From positions 2,102 through 66,101 of the forward strand of contig JBLGAM010000005.1 in assembly GCA_047612305.1 (NCBI GenBank): a stretch of DNA of 64,000 nt, in the 5' to 3' direction. A program made the position numbers and the translations under genes. Under the pieces are notes generated by a model. The model was not told the DNA's origin. It ran no database searches and saw nothing but the letters and a program-made list of their open reading frames with translations. Of this stretch, positions 8,755 to 18,729 are shown piece by piece. Numbering within the stretch: the stretch's first letter is position 1; each line of letters starts with the position of its first letter. Origin of the DNA: Planctomycetota bacterium (lineage in GTDB: Bacteria; Bacteroidota; Bacteroidia; Cytophagales; Cyclobacteriaceae).

Positions 8755-9444
8755 CTAGGATAATACTTGTCTAAGGATAGTCATTGACTTCCAGACCCCT
8801 GGGTTTTCCAGATGCTCACTATAGAAATCCAGCAAATGGTCCAGCAGCTTTCTTCGCAGCTTAAGATTTATTTTCTGATCGCAGGAATACGCTTTTAGCA
8901 TTAAATCTTCCAAGAAAAACCTCACATCGTTAAGTTCTTGGGGGGTAAAGGGTTGGGAACGGCTTTCATCTAAATACCCTTGTGCCCGCTCAGGTGCAAA
9001 GCCTAAATACCCAGCCAATTCGATTAAAAATGCTAATGGAAAGAGGTCAAGCTTGGCCTCAGGATGGTTAAGCTCATGTACCGAACTTTCCAAAAAGTCA
9101 AAAAGACTTTCATTCTGGTAGTTTTCATAGATGGATTTAGCAATCACCTCTGTGACAAAAAGCGCAATGCCTGTTCGGCTAAACTCAAATGAAATCAATT
9201 GATTGTTGTGTGATAGTCTTGCCTCGGAGATTCGATTTAGTCCTGCATTGGTTTTATCATAGACTACCATGTCTAGACAAGTGAGCGGTTGGTATAGTGC
9301 CATTTTACTTGATTTGGATTGAGTTCTGACGCCATTGATGAGGTAAGACTTCAGACCAAGCTCTCTGGTAAAGATCTTTACGATCAGACTTGTTTCCTTG
9401 AATTTTATTACATTGAGTACGATTCCTGATGTCTTCTTAAGCAT
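8755..9444 (-). CDS. recO: DNA repair protein RecO
   Basis: MLKKTSGIVLNVIKFKETSLIVKIFTRELG N-terminal OB-fold pattern; C-terminal KSMTILRQV. Start moved to ATG 9444. Confidence 0.92.
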   Translation of the reverse strand: MLKKTSGIVLNVIKFKETSLIVKIFTRELGLKSYLINGVRTQSKSSKMALYQPLTCLDMVVYDKTNAGLNRISEARLSHNNQLISFEFSRTGIALFVTEVIAKSIYENYQNESLFDFLESSVHELNHPEAKLDLFPLAFLIELAGYLGFAPERAQGYLDESRSQPFTPQELNDVRFFLEDLMLKAYSCDQKINLKLRRKLLDHLLDFYSEHLENPGVWKSMTILRQVLS

Positions 9445-9473
9445 AGCAAAGGTGAGAAAAGCTGACGATGGCC

Positions 9474-10058
9474 TCAATCATTTTTTCCATAAAAGCATTT
9501 TCTACATCGTGCCTCATAGCTTTCTTTTTCTCCCAGTTGCACTTGCTTTTTCGTATCGGTTAGGCGATAAGAAAAAGCAGCGAGATCTCCACACTTCATA
9601 CAGATCGCATTTACTTTGGTCACGTATTCAGCGATAGCCATTAACTGGGGCATAGGATCAAATGGATTCCCTGCGAAATCCATATCCAACCCTGCCAAAA
9701 TCACTCGTTTTCCTGAATTTGCCAGTTTTCGAGCCACAGATACAATTTGGTCATCAAAAAATTGAACTTCGTCGATTCCGATCACATCACAGTCGCTACT
9801 CATTAATAAGATGTCATCTGCAAAATTGACTGGCGTAGACCGGATGGAGCTTTCATTGTGGGAGACCACATCTGATTGGTGGTAGCGTGTATCGACAGCT
9901 GGTTTGAAGATCTCTACTTTTTGCTTAGCAATCAGGGCTCGGTTGAGTCGCCTGATCAATTCTTCCGTTTTTCCGGAAAACATAGATCCGCAAATCACTT
10001 CAATCTGCCCTTTTTTCTCAGGGTTTCTATTTCTTCCTAGGGATGGTTCTATAAACAT
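9474..10058 (-). CDS. tdk: Thymidine kinase
   Basis: [12 protein letters not shown]-loop, IDEVQFF, AGLDMDF, CxxC...YEARCRKC zinc site. Confidence 0.97.
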   Translation of the reverse strand: MFIEPSLGRNRNPEKKGQIEVICGSMFSGKTEELIRRLNRALIAKQKVEIFKPAVDTRYHQSDVVSHNESSIRSTPVNFADDILLMSSDCDVIGIDEVQFFDDQIVSVARKLANSGKRVILAGLDMDFAGNPFDPMPQLMAIAEYVTKVNAICMKCGDLAAFSYRLTDTKKQVQLGEKESYEARCRKCFYGKND

Positions 10059-10065
10059 CGATATG

Positions 10066-10392
10066 CTATTCGCTGTAGCTAATATGTGGAAATTTATTTG
10101 GCTCGGCCACCCGTACTTTGATAGCTCCTTTTTGCAGAATGACTTGACATGCTAAACGTTCGTTAGACTTTAAACGACCTTGAATATGAAATACTTTTTC
10201 CTTATCGGTCAATTCAGAAAGATTTTCGATTCCTTCCAAGACTATAAGTTTGCAGGTAGTACATCGCCCTTTTTTGCCACAGGCATGCATCCAATCCATG
10301 CCACTTTCATGGATAATTTCAATAACTTTACTCGTAGAAGGAGTCAAATCAATCGTAAGATTAAATAGATTTTCTATGACGATTTTAGGCAT
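10066..10392 (-). CDS. 2Fe-2S ferredoxin
   Basis: [12 protein letters not shown]...RLACQ. Confidence 0.92.
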   Translation of the reverse strand: MPKIVIENLFNLTIDLTPSTSKVIEIIHESGMDWMHACGKKGRCTTCKLIVLEGIENLSELTDKEKVFHIQGRLKSNERLACQVILQKGAIKVRVAEPNKFPHISYSE

Positions 10393-10425
10393 TTGTTCGT
10401 TCGAATTTGTAAACGCTATATTTTA

Positions 10426-11526
10426 ATGACAATTCAAATTAACAGTAATTATTTAGAAAAGTACGCGAATGACTACGCTGCGGTCGTATGCGAAAAGGCT
10501 TTCTCGTCAAGACAATTCATTACAGGACAGGATATCATCCACTTAACGGATAGTATTCAAGTCAATTTTTTTGTCATAAAACGAATATTCGAAATTTGGC
10601 AGGGTGAACTGGAAAAATTGAAGAGTAGCCCATACTTTGACTACAGAGATGTGGCGGTCCATGAGGCCCTGACTCAATTTATGAATGTACTTTCAAGACG
10701 AATAAAAGTAGAAAAATCTAATCTTGAACCTTTGGTAGCTCAAGCGGTGTCAGAGGCGATAAAGTTAGCTGTCGATCCAGTGAGCTTCTATCAAAATGAA
10801 ATTCAAAAAGCTCCTCAGGGAATGATCAATGAATTCCTCAGTGAGCATAAAAAGTATTTCAAATGGCATCTGCCGGTGATCTCATTTCTGATCGATAAAA
10901 CAGGCTTTGGCCATGATCAAAATGCATATCTAAAAGCAGTAGCTACAAACTACCATGTCATCAAAGATTCATTAGTATCTAAGAATTTACTTTTGGCTAC
11001 TCTTGGTGAGATCAATGCGTTTGATCTGGATAGTTATTTGATAGAGGTTGAGATTGAAGAGCCTAAAACTGAAATTCGGAAATCTGAACTAGAACCTACG
11101 CAGGAGCGGGAGGTTTCTTTTTTCGACAAGATTGAACAAAAGTCTGATAGAATAGAAGAGCCGATTTCTGAGAGTAGTAGCAAGCCAATTGTAAAGGAGG
11201 AGTCCAAAAGAGTCAGTTCTGGGATGCTGGATGTCACCAGCCTTCAATCCAGATTCGAAAAAGAATCGTATAAAGGAATGAAAGGAGTCATCGGCGAGCT
11301 TTCCGAAAGTTTGGCAATCAACCAGCGGATCATGTTTTCCAAGGCTCTTTTTGAGGGGAATTCTGATCTTTTAATGCATGCTTTGAAATTGATAGATGAA
11401 AGTGGGTCCTTCACTAAGGCGGTTGACCTGATTAATAAGCGTTATGTGGATGAACTTTCTTGGAATGATAACCCCGATGTGATGGATGAGTTTTTGTTGC
11501 TGGTTTTCAGAAAATTTTCCGCCTAA
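10426..11526 (+). CDS. Hypothetical protein
   Basis: Long ORF, likely ATG 10426; acidic linker then a C-terminal INQRIMFSKALF...W...EFLLLVFRKF domain of unknown function. Confidence 0.8.
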   Translation: MTIQINSNYLEKYANDYAAVVCEKAFSSRQFITGQDIIHLTDSIQVNFFVIKRIFEIWQGELEKLKSSPYFDYRDVAVHEALTQFMNVLSRRIKVEKSNLEPLVAQAVSEAIKLAVDPVSFYQNEIQKAPQGMINEFLSEHKKYFKWHLPVISFLIDKTGFGHDQNAYLKAVATNYHVIKDSLVSKNLLLATLGEINAFDLDSYLIEVEIEEPKTEIRKSELEPTQEREVSFFDKIEQKSDRIEEPISESSSKPIVKEESKRVSSGMLDVTSLQSRFEKESYKGMKGVIGELSESLAINQRIMFSKALFEGNSDLLMHALKLIDESGSFTKAVDLINKRYVDELSWNDNPDVMDEFLLLVFRKFSA

Positions 11527-11895
11527 GAGAAATTGCCAGAGATTTTCTGGAAATATTGTTCAATAAATAGTATGAACTATTAAAAGTCGCGGTTTAACAG
11601 GAAATCTTTTTCCCAAAGTTTATCTTCATTGAGTTTGATGAAATACATAAGGAGTGATTACAAATCAACTAGTGCTCTTTAATCCGTTTTTTTCATTTTC
11701 ACAATTTGAATTCGTCTTTTGTCATTATAGCTTCCGTCACTTTAAAGGAAAAATCAAATACCCTAATCTTAGAAGATATCAAATATATTAAGGGGAATAG
11801 GGAATTATTAGAATTGGAAAGTTGGCTTATTGTTTGTTATAATTTTGTAATATTAAATTAGAACCTCATATTTAAGTTTAAAGTACAGGCTATAC

Positions 11896-12471
11896 ATGCA
11901 AGGATATTTAAAGCTCAGAAAACATGTGTTAGACAAATTGAGAGGTGAATTGCCTCAATATCTTGCCTACCACGGGATGAATCACACTCTAGACGTATCG
12001 AATGTTTGCGAGCAATATATTCGTCGCGAAAAGTTGGGAGAGCGAGATCGTTACTTGCTCAGAATGGGAGCAATCGTACATGATATGGGCTTTTTGATCG
12101 GAGCAGTCAACCACGAAGCCGTAGGTGCTGAAATGGCGGGTGCCCTGATGAAAGACTTGGGAATGAAGCAGGATGTGATTAATGAAGTCAAAGGATTGGT
12201 CATGGCGACTAAGATTCCTCAAACTCCTTTGAATGATCTTCAGAAAATCATCTGCGATGCAGATCTGGATTACCTAGGAAGGGATGATTATCCGACAATT
12301 AGCGTAAAATTATTCGCAGAGCTGAAGCATATGAATATTATCACCACTGAAGAGCAATGGAAAAATCTGCAGATTAACTTTTTGAAAGCACACCAATTCC
12401 AAACTTTATTTGCAAAAAAGAACCGAGAACCTAAAAAGCAATATTGGCTGAAAAAGCTTTTGGAATCTTAA
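11896..12471 (+). CDS. HD-domain metal-dependent phosphohydrolase
   Basis: YHGMNHTLDV...VHDMG...HE...ICDADLDYLG. Confidence 0.9.
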   Translation: MQGYLKLRKHVLDKLRGELPQYLAYHGMNHTLDVSNVCEQYIRREKLGERDRYLLRMGAIVHDMGFLIGAVNHEAVGAEMAGALMKDLGMKQDVINEVKGLVMATKIPQTPLNDLQKIICDADLDYLGRDDYPTISVKLFAELKHMNIITTEEQWKNLQINFLKAHQFQTLFAKKNREPKKQYWLKKLLES

Positions 12472-13745
12472 CCTAGTCTTCCCAACTGTAAGGCTCTGGA
12501 ACTGTCCATTTTGACAAAGATGAAAAGCAAAATGGTAAATGACCAAAGTGAAGATCCTCCATAACTGAAAAACGGGAGAGGAATACCCACCACAGGAAAT
12601 AACCCTATTGTCATGGCAATATTGATCATGAAGTGGAAGAGTAATATTGAAACCACGCAGTACCCATAGATCCTTGAAAATCTATTTTTTTGACGCTCCG
12701 ACATGATCACAAGTCGGTAAAGCAAGCCCACGAAAAGCGAAATCACGACTAAGCTTCCCGCCCATCCAAATTCCTCTCCGAGTGTGCAGAAAATAAAATC
12801 GGTATGTTGCTCCGGTACAAAGTCAAATTTGGTCTGGGTGCCTTCTAGGTAACCTTTTCCCAATAGCCCGCCTGATCCAATTGCAATCTTGGATTGAGTG
12901 ACATTCCATCCCACACCCAGTGGATCAATATCTGGATCAAAAAGCACCATGATTCGATTTTGTTGGTGATCAGGGAGTTTTTCGACGACAAAATCAAGAC
13001 TGTAAGTATAGGCAATAAGACCTATGCCAATCAAACTAAAGGCAACAATCCGCTGTGGGGATTTTTTGCCCATAAATATTAAAATTGTGACTAACAAACT
13101 GATCACCAAAGCAATATAAAGGTTGTTCTCAATTCCTAAGGCCAGAAGAGTCAGCGCAACAAAACCAAATCCAAGGATGAAATAGGTCTGTGGTAAACCT
13201 TCTCTATAAAGCATCAGCAGCATAGCGAAATAGACCATGGCTGTACCTGTGTCAGGTTGAAGGATAATCAATGCCACAGGTATCAGTAAAACCGCAAATG
13301 CTTGAAACTGATAATTTTTTTTGGATAGGTCGAATGTGGGACGCTCCATCACTTTGGCAAGTGCCAAAGCAGTTGCAAATTTGGCAAACTCACTAGCTTG
13401 GATGCGGAAGTCCCCAAAACCTATCGTCAGTACCTGGCCTTTTACTTCTTTTCCTATTATGGGTGTGAGCATCAATAAAACAAGGAATACTAAGAAAATC
13501 GGGATGGCTAGATTTTCAAAAAGTCGATGATCAGCAGCCATTATGACTATGATGATAGCTAAGGCAGTACCTATCCAAACCAGTTGTTTACCGGAATTGA
13601 TGCCAAAATCAAATATGCTTTTCTCTACCTGTCCGTCATATACAGCTGCATAAATATTAAACCAGCCTAGAATCACTAGGGAGAAATAAATCAATACTGT
13701 TGGCCAGTCGACCCTGTTGATGTTAATATCCGCTTCTCCTCTCAT
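12468..13745 (-). CDS. rodA: SEDS peptidoglycan polymerase RodA
   Basis: QASEFAK, LQPDTGT, SKIAIGSGG, PEQHTDFIF, EEFG, PLPFFSYGGSS; follows mrdA. Confidence 0.97.
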   Translation of the reverse strand: MRGEADININRVDWPTVLIYFSLVILGWFNIYAAVYDGQVEKSIFDFGINSGKQLVWIGTALAIIIVIMAADHRLFENLAIPIFLVFLVLLMLTPIIGKEVKGQVLTIGFGDFRIQASEFAKFATALALAKVMERPTFDLSKKNYQFQAFAVLLIPVALIILQPDTGTAMVYFAMLLMLYREGLPQTYFILGFGFVALTLLALGIENNLYIALVISLLVTILIFMGKKSPQRIVAFSLIGIGLIAYTYSLDFVVEKLPDHQQNRIMVLFDPDIDPLGVGWNVTQSKIAIGSGGLLGKGYLEGTQTKFDFVPEQHTDFIFCTLGEEFGWAGSLVVISLFVGLLYRLVIMSERQKNRFSRIYGYCVVSILLFHFMINIAMTIGLFPVVGIPLPFFSYGGSSLWSFTILLFIFVKMDSSRALQLGRLG

Positions 13746-15547
13746 CAGTAAATGAAATTACCAGCTAAGACATAATTTTCGAGATCAAGTCGCTTTACCT
13801 CTCCTTGAATATATTTTTCAATCATCAATGAGGCTGTACTTGCGGCAGCCCTTCCACCCCAGCCTGCATTTTCTACATAGACTGCTATGGCTATCTTTGG
13901 ATTCTCAAGTGGGGCAAACGCGATAAACACTGAGTGATCTTCTCCATGTGGATTCTGTGCAGTCCCTGTTTTTCCGGCAATGACCAAGTCTTTCATTACC
14001 GCTCGGTTGGCAGTTCCATAAAGTGCTGCTGCCATAGCTTCTTGAATCAAATCAAAATGCTTGGCATCAATTCCCACATCATTCCGTATTAGATATTCCT
14101 CTGGAATCATGTTTTTGTCACCATTGATGTTTTTGACCAAATGGGGTTTATAATAAAATCCTTTGTTCGCGAATATTGCCGCCAAGTTTGCCATCTGAAT
14201 AGGGGTGACTTGCATTTCTCCCTGACCAATAGAAAGTGAATAAATGGTAGAATATTTCCATCTTCCTTCTCCATAGACTTTATCATAATAAGCGCCCGAA
14301 GGTATCGAACCGCCTCGTTCCCCATACATGTCTATCCCGAGGTCAGAGCCAAGTCCAAATTTTTGCACCTTTTCTCGCCAATCGTTTAACCCTATTTTGG
14401 TATCTACAAAAGTATTGGAGGACTTTTCTTGATTAATTATCTGTCGGAATGCTTGATGATAATAAGGATTACAAGAGTTACGGATAGCTCCAAATAGATC
14501 TACAGGGGAAGGATGATTATGACAAGCGACCAGAGATTTGTTACAGGAAAAAGTCGTAGAAGGAACCAAAATTCCCTCTTGAAGACCGATTAGACTTTGA
14601 ACGATTTTGAAGATCGAGCCAGGAGGATATACCGCCATTATGGGCCGATTGAAAAGAGGCTTACTAAGTTCTGAATTTAATACTTGATAGTTTTTACTGA
14701 AATTAGCCCCTGTCAGGCTATTTGGATCATAGAAAGGTGCGGAGATCATCGCTAGGATCTCTCCTGTTTTAGGTTCAATCGCTACTACGGATCCTGTTTT
14801 TCCTTGCAATAAATACTCCCCATACCGCTGCAAATCCATATCAATGGTTGAGGTGATATTATTCCCAGCCACTGATACGGTATCATATTCACCATTTTTG
14901 AAAGGGCCCTTATCAATCCCCCTCACATTTACCATTTTGTATTTTACACCTTTCTTACCGCGAAGTTCTTTTTCGTAGTAGCTCTCCATTCCGGTCAGGC
15001 CTACATAGTCTCCTTGAGTATAGTATTTTGAGCTGTCTCGTTCGAGTTGTCGACCACTGATCTCTCCTATGTAGCCTAAAGCGTGAGATGCTAAAGGAGA
15101 AGGGTAAGATCTCACCGAGCGAGTCATAATAAATAAGCCTGGGTAATCAATCAAGAAATCTTGGATTCGAGCAAAATCTTGAGTAGAAATCTGTTTTATA
15201 AAGCTCGAAGGCTTTACCGATGAATATTTCCGGGCTGCAGTGTAGGATTCAATTAGTTTATCTTTAGAAATCTTAAACAACTCCAAAAATCTAGTTGTGT
15301 CCCCAACTTGGAATTCTTTTGGGACAATCATCAGATCAAAAATAGGATTGTTATACACCATTAGTTTTCCATGCCTGTCATAGATCAATCCTCGATAGGG
15401 GTGGTCTACAATTCTTTGTATAGCATTTCGCTCAGCTTTTTTCATGAAGCTATCGTCCAGGACTTGGATAGTAAACAACTTAATCAAAAGCACTGCACCC
15501 ACCAAGAAGATAAAAATGATAATGACTATTGGTCTTTGGTCGTTCAT
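13745..15547 (-). CDS. mrdA: Penicillin-binding protein 2
   Basis: RGLIYDRHG, PGSIFK (SxxK), SCN (SxN), KTGTAQ; in the mre operon. Confidence 0.96.
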   Translation of the reverse strand: MNDQRPIVIIIFIFLVGAVLLIKLFTIQVLDDSFMKKAERNAIQRIVDHPYRGLIYDRHGKLMVYNNPIFDLMIVPKEFQVGDTTRFLELFKISKDKLIESYTAARKYSSVKPSSFIKQISTQDFARIQDFLIDYPGLFIMTRSVRSYPSPLASHALGYIGEISGRQLERDSSKYYTQGDYVGLTGMESYYEKELRGKKGVKYKMVNVRGIDKGPFKNGEYDTVSVAGNNITSTIDMDLQRYGEYLLQGKTGSVVAIEPKTGEILAMISAPFYDPNSLTGANFSKNYQVLNSELSKPLFNRPIMAVYPPGSIFKIVQSLIGLQEGILVPSTTFSCNKSLVACHNHPSPVDLFGAIRNSCNPYYHQAFRQIINQEKSSNTFVDTKIGLNDWREKVQKFGLGSDLGIDMYGERGGSIPSGAYYDKVYGEGRWKYSTIYSLSIGQGEMQVTPIQMANLAAIFANKGFYYKPHLVKNINGDKNMIPEEYLIRNDVGIDAKHFDLIQEAMAAALYGTANRAVMKDLVIAGKTGTAQNPHGEDHSVFIAFAPLENPKIAIAVYVENAGWGGRAAASTASLMIEKYIQGEVKRLDLENYVLAGNFIY

Positions 15548-16068
15548 TAGATTCCCCTTCTTCGTTTGAAGAATAGTAGTTGTACAATAATAGCCAAAAG
15601 GACAGTAAAAGTCGAGGAGAAGAAGCTTTTGTTTAAGGCAGTTAGAAATCTACCAGTTCCCCATTGGTCGGTAAGGAAGAAAAGTAAACAAAAGGCGAAA
15701 ATCAGCGGCCAAGAATAAGAAATGTACCAGCCAATACCCATTTCTGAGATAGTTGGATTAGTAGCATCATCATATCCACCACTGGGGCTGATGACTTTCA
15801 ACCAATGTGGTCTTAGAAATGCTAAAAAAGTAGCTGCTAAGGCATGAATCCCAAGGGTATCGTAAAAAACATCAATTAGAAGTCCCAAAAAGAAGCTCAA
15901 TATTAATAGAGGAATAGCTGGAATAGAAGTTGGGAAACTCAAAATACTAACTAGATAGATAAAGCAGAAAGCGATTCCAAAAAGGGCAAGATTTTTCAAT
16001 AGGAGGATTTGAATCAGCCCAAACACAATCACAAGAAAGATAAAGGTGATCAGACTCTTAAAATTCAT
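15547..16068 (-). CDS. mreD: Rod shape protein MreD
   Basis: Hydrophobic, GLLIDVFYDTLGIHA; between mreC and mrdA. Confidence 0.9.
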   Translation of the reverse strand: MNFKSLITFIFLVIVFGLIQILLLKNLALFGIAFCFIYLVSILSFPTSIPAIPLLILSFFLGLLIDVFYDTLGIHALAATFLAFLRPHWLKVISPSGGYDDATNPTISEMGIGWYISYSWPLIFAFCLLFFLTDQWGTGRFLTALNKSFFSSTFTVLLAIIVQLLFFKRRRGI

Positions 16069-16897
16069 TAGTCACTTCAGATTTGATATTCAAAGAATCC
16101 AGTTCGTTAAATTGGGTATTCTCCACTAAATAGACATATCCGACTTTACTAAAATCTGTACTTAGGGCTATCAAAATGTCCAAGTAATTTGGATTATCTG
16201 TTCTAGAGTTAATTTTAGAAATAATCCCAATATTTATCCCCTCAGGAAATACAGCGTTAAATCCCGAGGTGATCACAGTGTCACCAACTTGAGCATTTAC
16301 ATGTCTACCGATATAAAGCATTTTAGCATGTCTTGAATCATTACCATCCCAATTGACCGATCCGAAAACACCATTTGATTTGATTTTTGAAGAAATCAGC
16401 ATTCCCGTATTGAGCAATGAAATGGCAATTGAAAAGTTAAGGGAAGCTGTTTTTACTCTACCAACTACTCCCTCATGATTGAATACCCCCATTCCAGGTT
16501 TAATTCCATCTTTAGATCCTTTATTGAGTGTGAGGTGATTTTGAGAAAACCGAAGAGAATTACTTACTACCCTCGCACCCTTAAATTCATAAGTAGCATT
16601 TAGAAGTGAATCTAGCTCAATCGCCAGACTGTCAGGTATCGTCTGGACCCCGTTAAGTGCGCCGAGCAAGGAAGCATTTTCAGTAACTAGAGCTTCATTT
16701 GCCTCCGCCAAAGAAAAGAAATCTGCCACATCTGATTGCGTCTTTAATGCAGAACCGATTATTGCACTTGAGCTATTGAAGAACGCTGCCCCCTGAGGTG
16801 AGTTATTTTCTACGATCAACCAGATCGCGGTTACTTCCAGTAACACAAATATTAGAAATGCTCTTAAGCTATAGAGGAATTGGAGGATGCGTAGCAT
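16058..16897 (-). CDS. mreC: Rod shape protein MreC
   Basis: LNKGSKDGI..GMGV...GVVG, GDTVITSG...FPEGI.IG. Confidence 0.95.
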   Translation of the reverse strand: MLRILQFLYSLRAFLIFVLLEVTAIWLIVENNSPQGAAFFNSSSAIIGSALKTQSDVADFFSLAEANEALVTENASLLGALNGVQTIPDSLAIELDSLLNATYEFKGARVVSNSLRFSQNHLTLNKGSKDGIKPGMGVFNHEGVVGRVKTASLNFSIAISLLNTGMLISSKIKSNGVFGSVNWDGNDSRHAKMLYIGRHVNAQVGDTVITSGFNAVFPEGINIGIISKINSRTDNPNYLDILIALSTDFSKVGYVYLVENTQFNELDSLNIKSEVTNEF

Positions 16898-16904
16898 TCA
16901 GAAT

Positions 16905-17933
16905 TTATGTCATCAATACTGTTCGGAAATTCTGTATATTTTTCAATGCTGTTCCAGTACCACGAACTACTGCTCGAAGTGGATCTTCCGCAATGTGAAT
17001 CGGAAGCTTGGTTTTCTGGTGAAGACGTTTATCGAGTCCTTTCAAGAGCGCTCCACCACCGGTAAGATGAATACCATTGTCATAAATGTCTGCTGAAAGT
17101 TCAGGTGGAGCGATCTCCAACGCCTTCAAAACTGCCTCTTCGATTTTAGACACTGATTTGTCCAATGCGAAAGCAATTTCAGAATAGGAAACCTTGATTA
17201 CTTTCGGAATTCCAGTCATCAAGTCACGTCCTCTGATTTCATAATCTTCCGGAGGATCATCAAGTTCTGTAAGTGCCGAACCAATAGCAATCTTTACTTT
17301 TTCAGCTGATCTCTCACCAATAAGCAAATTATGCTGTCTTCGCATGTAATCTAGAATGTCTTTCGTAAAGGTGTCACCTGCCACTCGGATAGACTGATCA
17401 GCAACTATCCCAGATAGTGCGATCAAAGCAATCTCTGTCGTACCTCCTCCGATATCTACGATCATTGATCCCATAGGCTTTTCGATATCAATACCGATAC
17501 CTATTGCAGCAGCGATAGGTTCGTATATCATGTAAACCTCTTTAGCTCCTGCGTGCTCGGCGGAATCACGAACGGCTCTTTTTTCTACTTCAGTGATTCC
17601 AGAAGGAATACAGATTACCATCCGGTGAGACTGTGGGAATAACCCCTTTTTTTGCCCAGGGATCATCTTTATCAAACCACGAATCATCTGCTCTGCAGCA
17701 TAGAAGTCCGCAATTACTCCATCTTTAAGCGGACGAATTGTTTTAATATTTTCGTGTGTTTTCTCATGCATATTCATTGCTTCACGACCAACTGCAAGTA
17801 CGCGGTTAGTCGTCTTGTCAATAGCAATGATAGATGGCTCATCTACGACAATTTTATCTTTATGAATAATCAAGGTATTAGCAGTACCCAAATCGATCGC
17901 TATATCACTAGAGAAAAAATCAAATAATCCCAT
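16905..17933 (-). CDS. mreB: Actin-like protein MreB
   Basis: IDLGTANT, RPLKDGVIADF, VDIGGGTTE, LTGGGALL. Confidence 0.98.
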   Translation of the reverse strand: MGLFDFFSSDIAIDLGTANTLIIHKDKIVVDEPSIIAIDKTTNRVLAVGREAMNMHEKTHENIKTIRPLKDGVIADFYAAEQMIRGLIKMIPGQKKGLFPQSHRMVICIPSGITEVEKRAVRDSAEHAGAKEVYMIYEPIAAAIGIGIDIEKPMGSMIVDIGGGTTEIALIALSGIVADQSIRVAGDTFTKDILDYMRRQHNLLIGERSAEKVKIAIGSALTELDDPPEDYEIRGRDLMTGIPKVIKVSYSEIAFALDKSVSKIEEAVLKALEIAPPELSADIYDNGIHLTGGGALLKGLDKRLHQKTKLPIHIAEDPLRAVVRGTGTALKNIQNFRTVLMT

Positions 17934-18014
17934 TTTGGTGTTTTGTTTGACTGGTTTTTTGGAGTTCAGAGTTTAATATAGTCTGCTTGACTCGTATTAA
18001 TAAACGGAAGTCGG

Positions 18015-18022
18015 CAAAATTA
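18015..18022 (-). promoter_or_regulatory. Candidate -7 promoter box for mreB operon
   Basis: TAATTTTG on minus strand, about 80 nt upstream of the ATG. Confidence 0.55.
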
Positions 18023-18184
18023 TTATCTTAAGCTGACATATCTGAAGGAAACCCAATATTTTTTCTTCAAAGGGCAATTTATAGGCCAATGTTTCTTGCG
18101 AAGTGTTGCACTCCATTCTAAATTCATATTTAATTACTGAAAACTTTGATTTTTAGCCCTCATTGTTTTTACATTAAAATCTTT

Positions 18185-18192
18185 TACCTTTG
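18185..18192 (+). promoter_or_regulatory. -7 promoter box for rimP operon
   Basis: TACCTTTG about 60 nt upstream of the rimP ATG. Confidence 0.7.
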
Positions 18193-18213
18193 ATCCGTAT
18201 TCGAAAGTTTCTG

Positions 18214-18240
18214 GAGGGGACCACATGTCCCCTCTTTCAT
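18214..18240 (+). promoter_or_regulatory. rimP leader hairpin, attenuator-like
   Basis: GAGGGGAC-CACAT-GTCCCCTC then TTTCATT, between the promoter and the rimP ATG. Confidence 0.7.
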
Positions 18241-18250
18241 TATACCTACT

Positions 18251-18724
18251 ATGACCGAGCTAAAGAGATCGATTGAAGAACTAATCGAGAAACACCTTCC
18301 AGACGAAAATCATTTCGTAGTGGAGGTTGGTATTTCAGACAAAGGGGGTAAAAAGCTTCTTAGCATTTTGGTGGATTCGGACTCTGGAGTTACGATTCGA
18401 ACATGCTCAAAAATAAGTAGAGCAGTATCGGAAGAGATTGAGGCTAAAGAATTGATGCCAGATGCATACATTCTTGAAGTTTCTTCTCCCGGAGTAGATT
18501 TTCCTTTGAATAGCAAACGGCAATTTCAGAAGAATATCGGGAGATCATTGAAAATCACTTTAAACGAAGGCACCGAACTTCTCGGAAAATTACTTGATGT
18601 AAGTGACGCTGGGTTAAAAGTTGAAGTGACTAAGAAGGGAAAGGGGAAAAAAGTTGTGGAAGAGGAAGTCCAAGTTCCTTTCGAGAATATGAAAAAATCA
18701 ATTGTACAAGTATCTTTTAAATAA
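18251..18724 (+). CDS. rimP: Ribosome maturation factor RimP
   Basis: VDSDSGVTI..C..ISR, YILEVSSPGVD.PL; precedes nusA. Confidence 0.95.
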   Translation: MTELKRSIEELIEKHLPDENHFVVEVGISDKGGKKLLSILVDSDSGVTIRTCSKISRAVSEEIEAKELMPDAYILEVSSPGVDFPLNSKRQFQKNIGRSLKITLNEGTELLGKLLDVSDAGLKVEVTKKGKGKKVVEEEVQVPFENMKKSIVQVSFK

Positions 18725-18729
18725 TTCAA

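Noticed and set aside
12468-12471. Convergent genes sharing a TTAA stop overlap (also 49652-49655)
   Set aside because: Common in compact AT-rich genomes; no sign of function.
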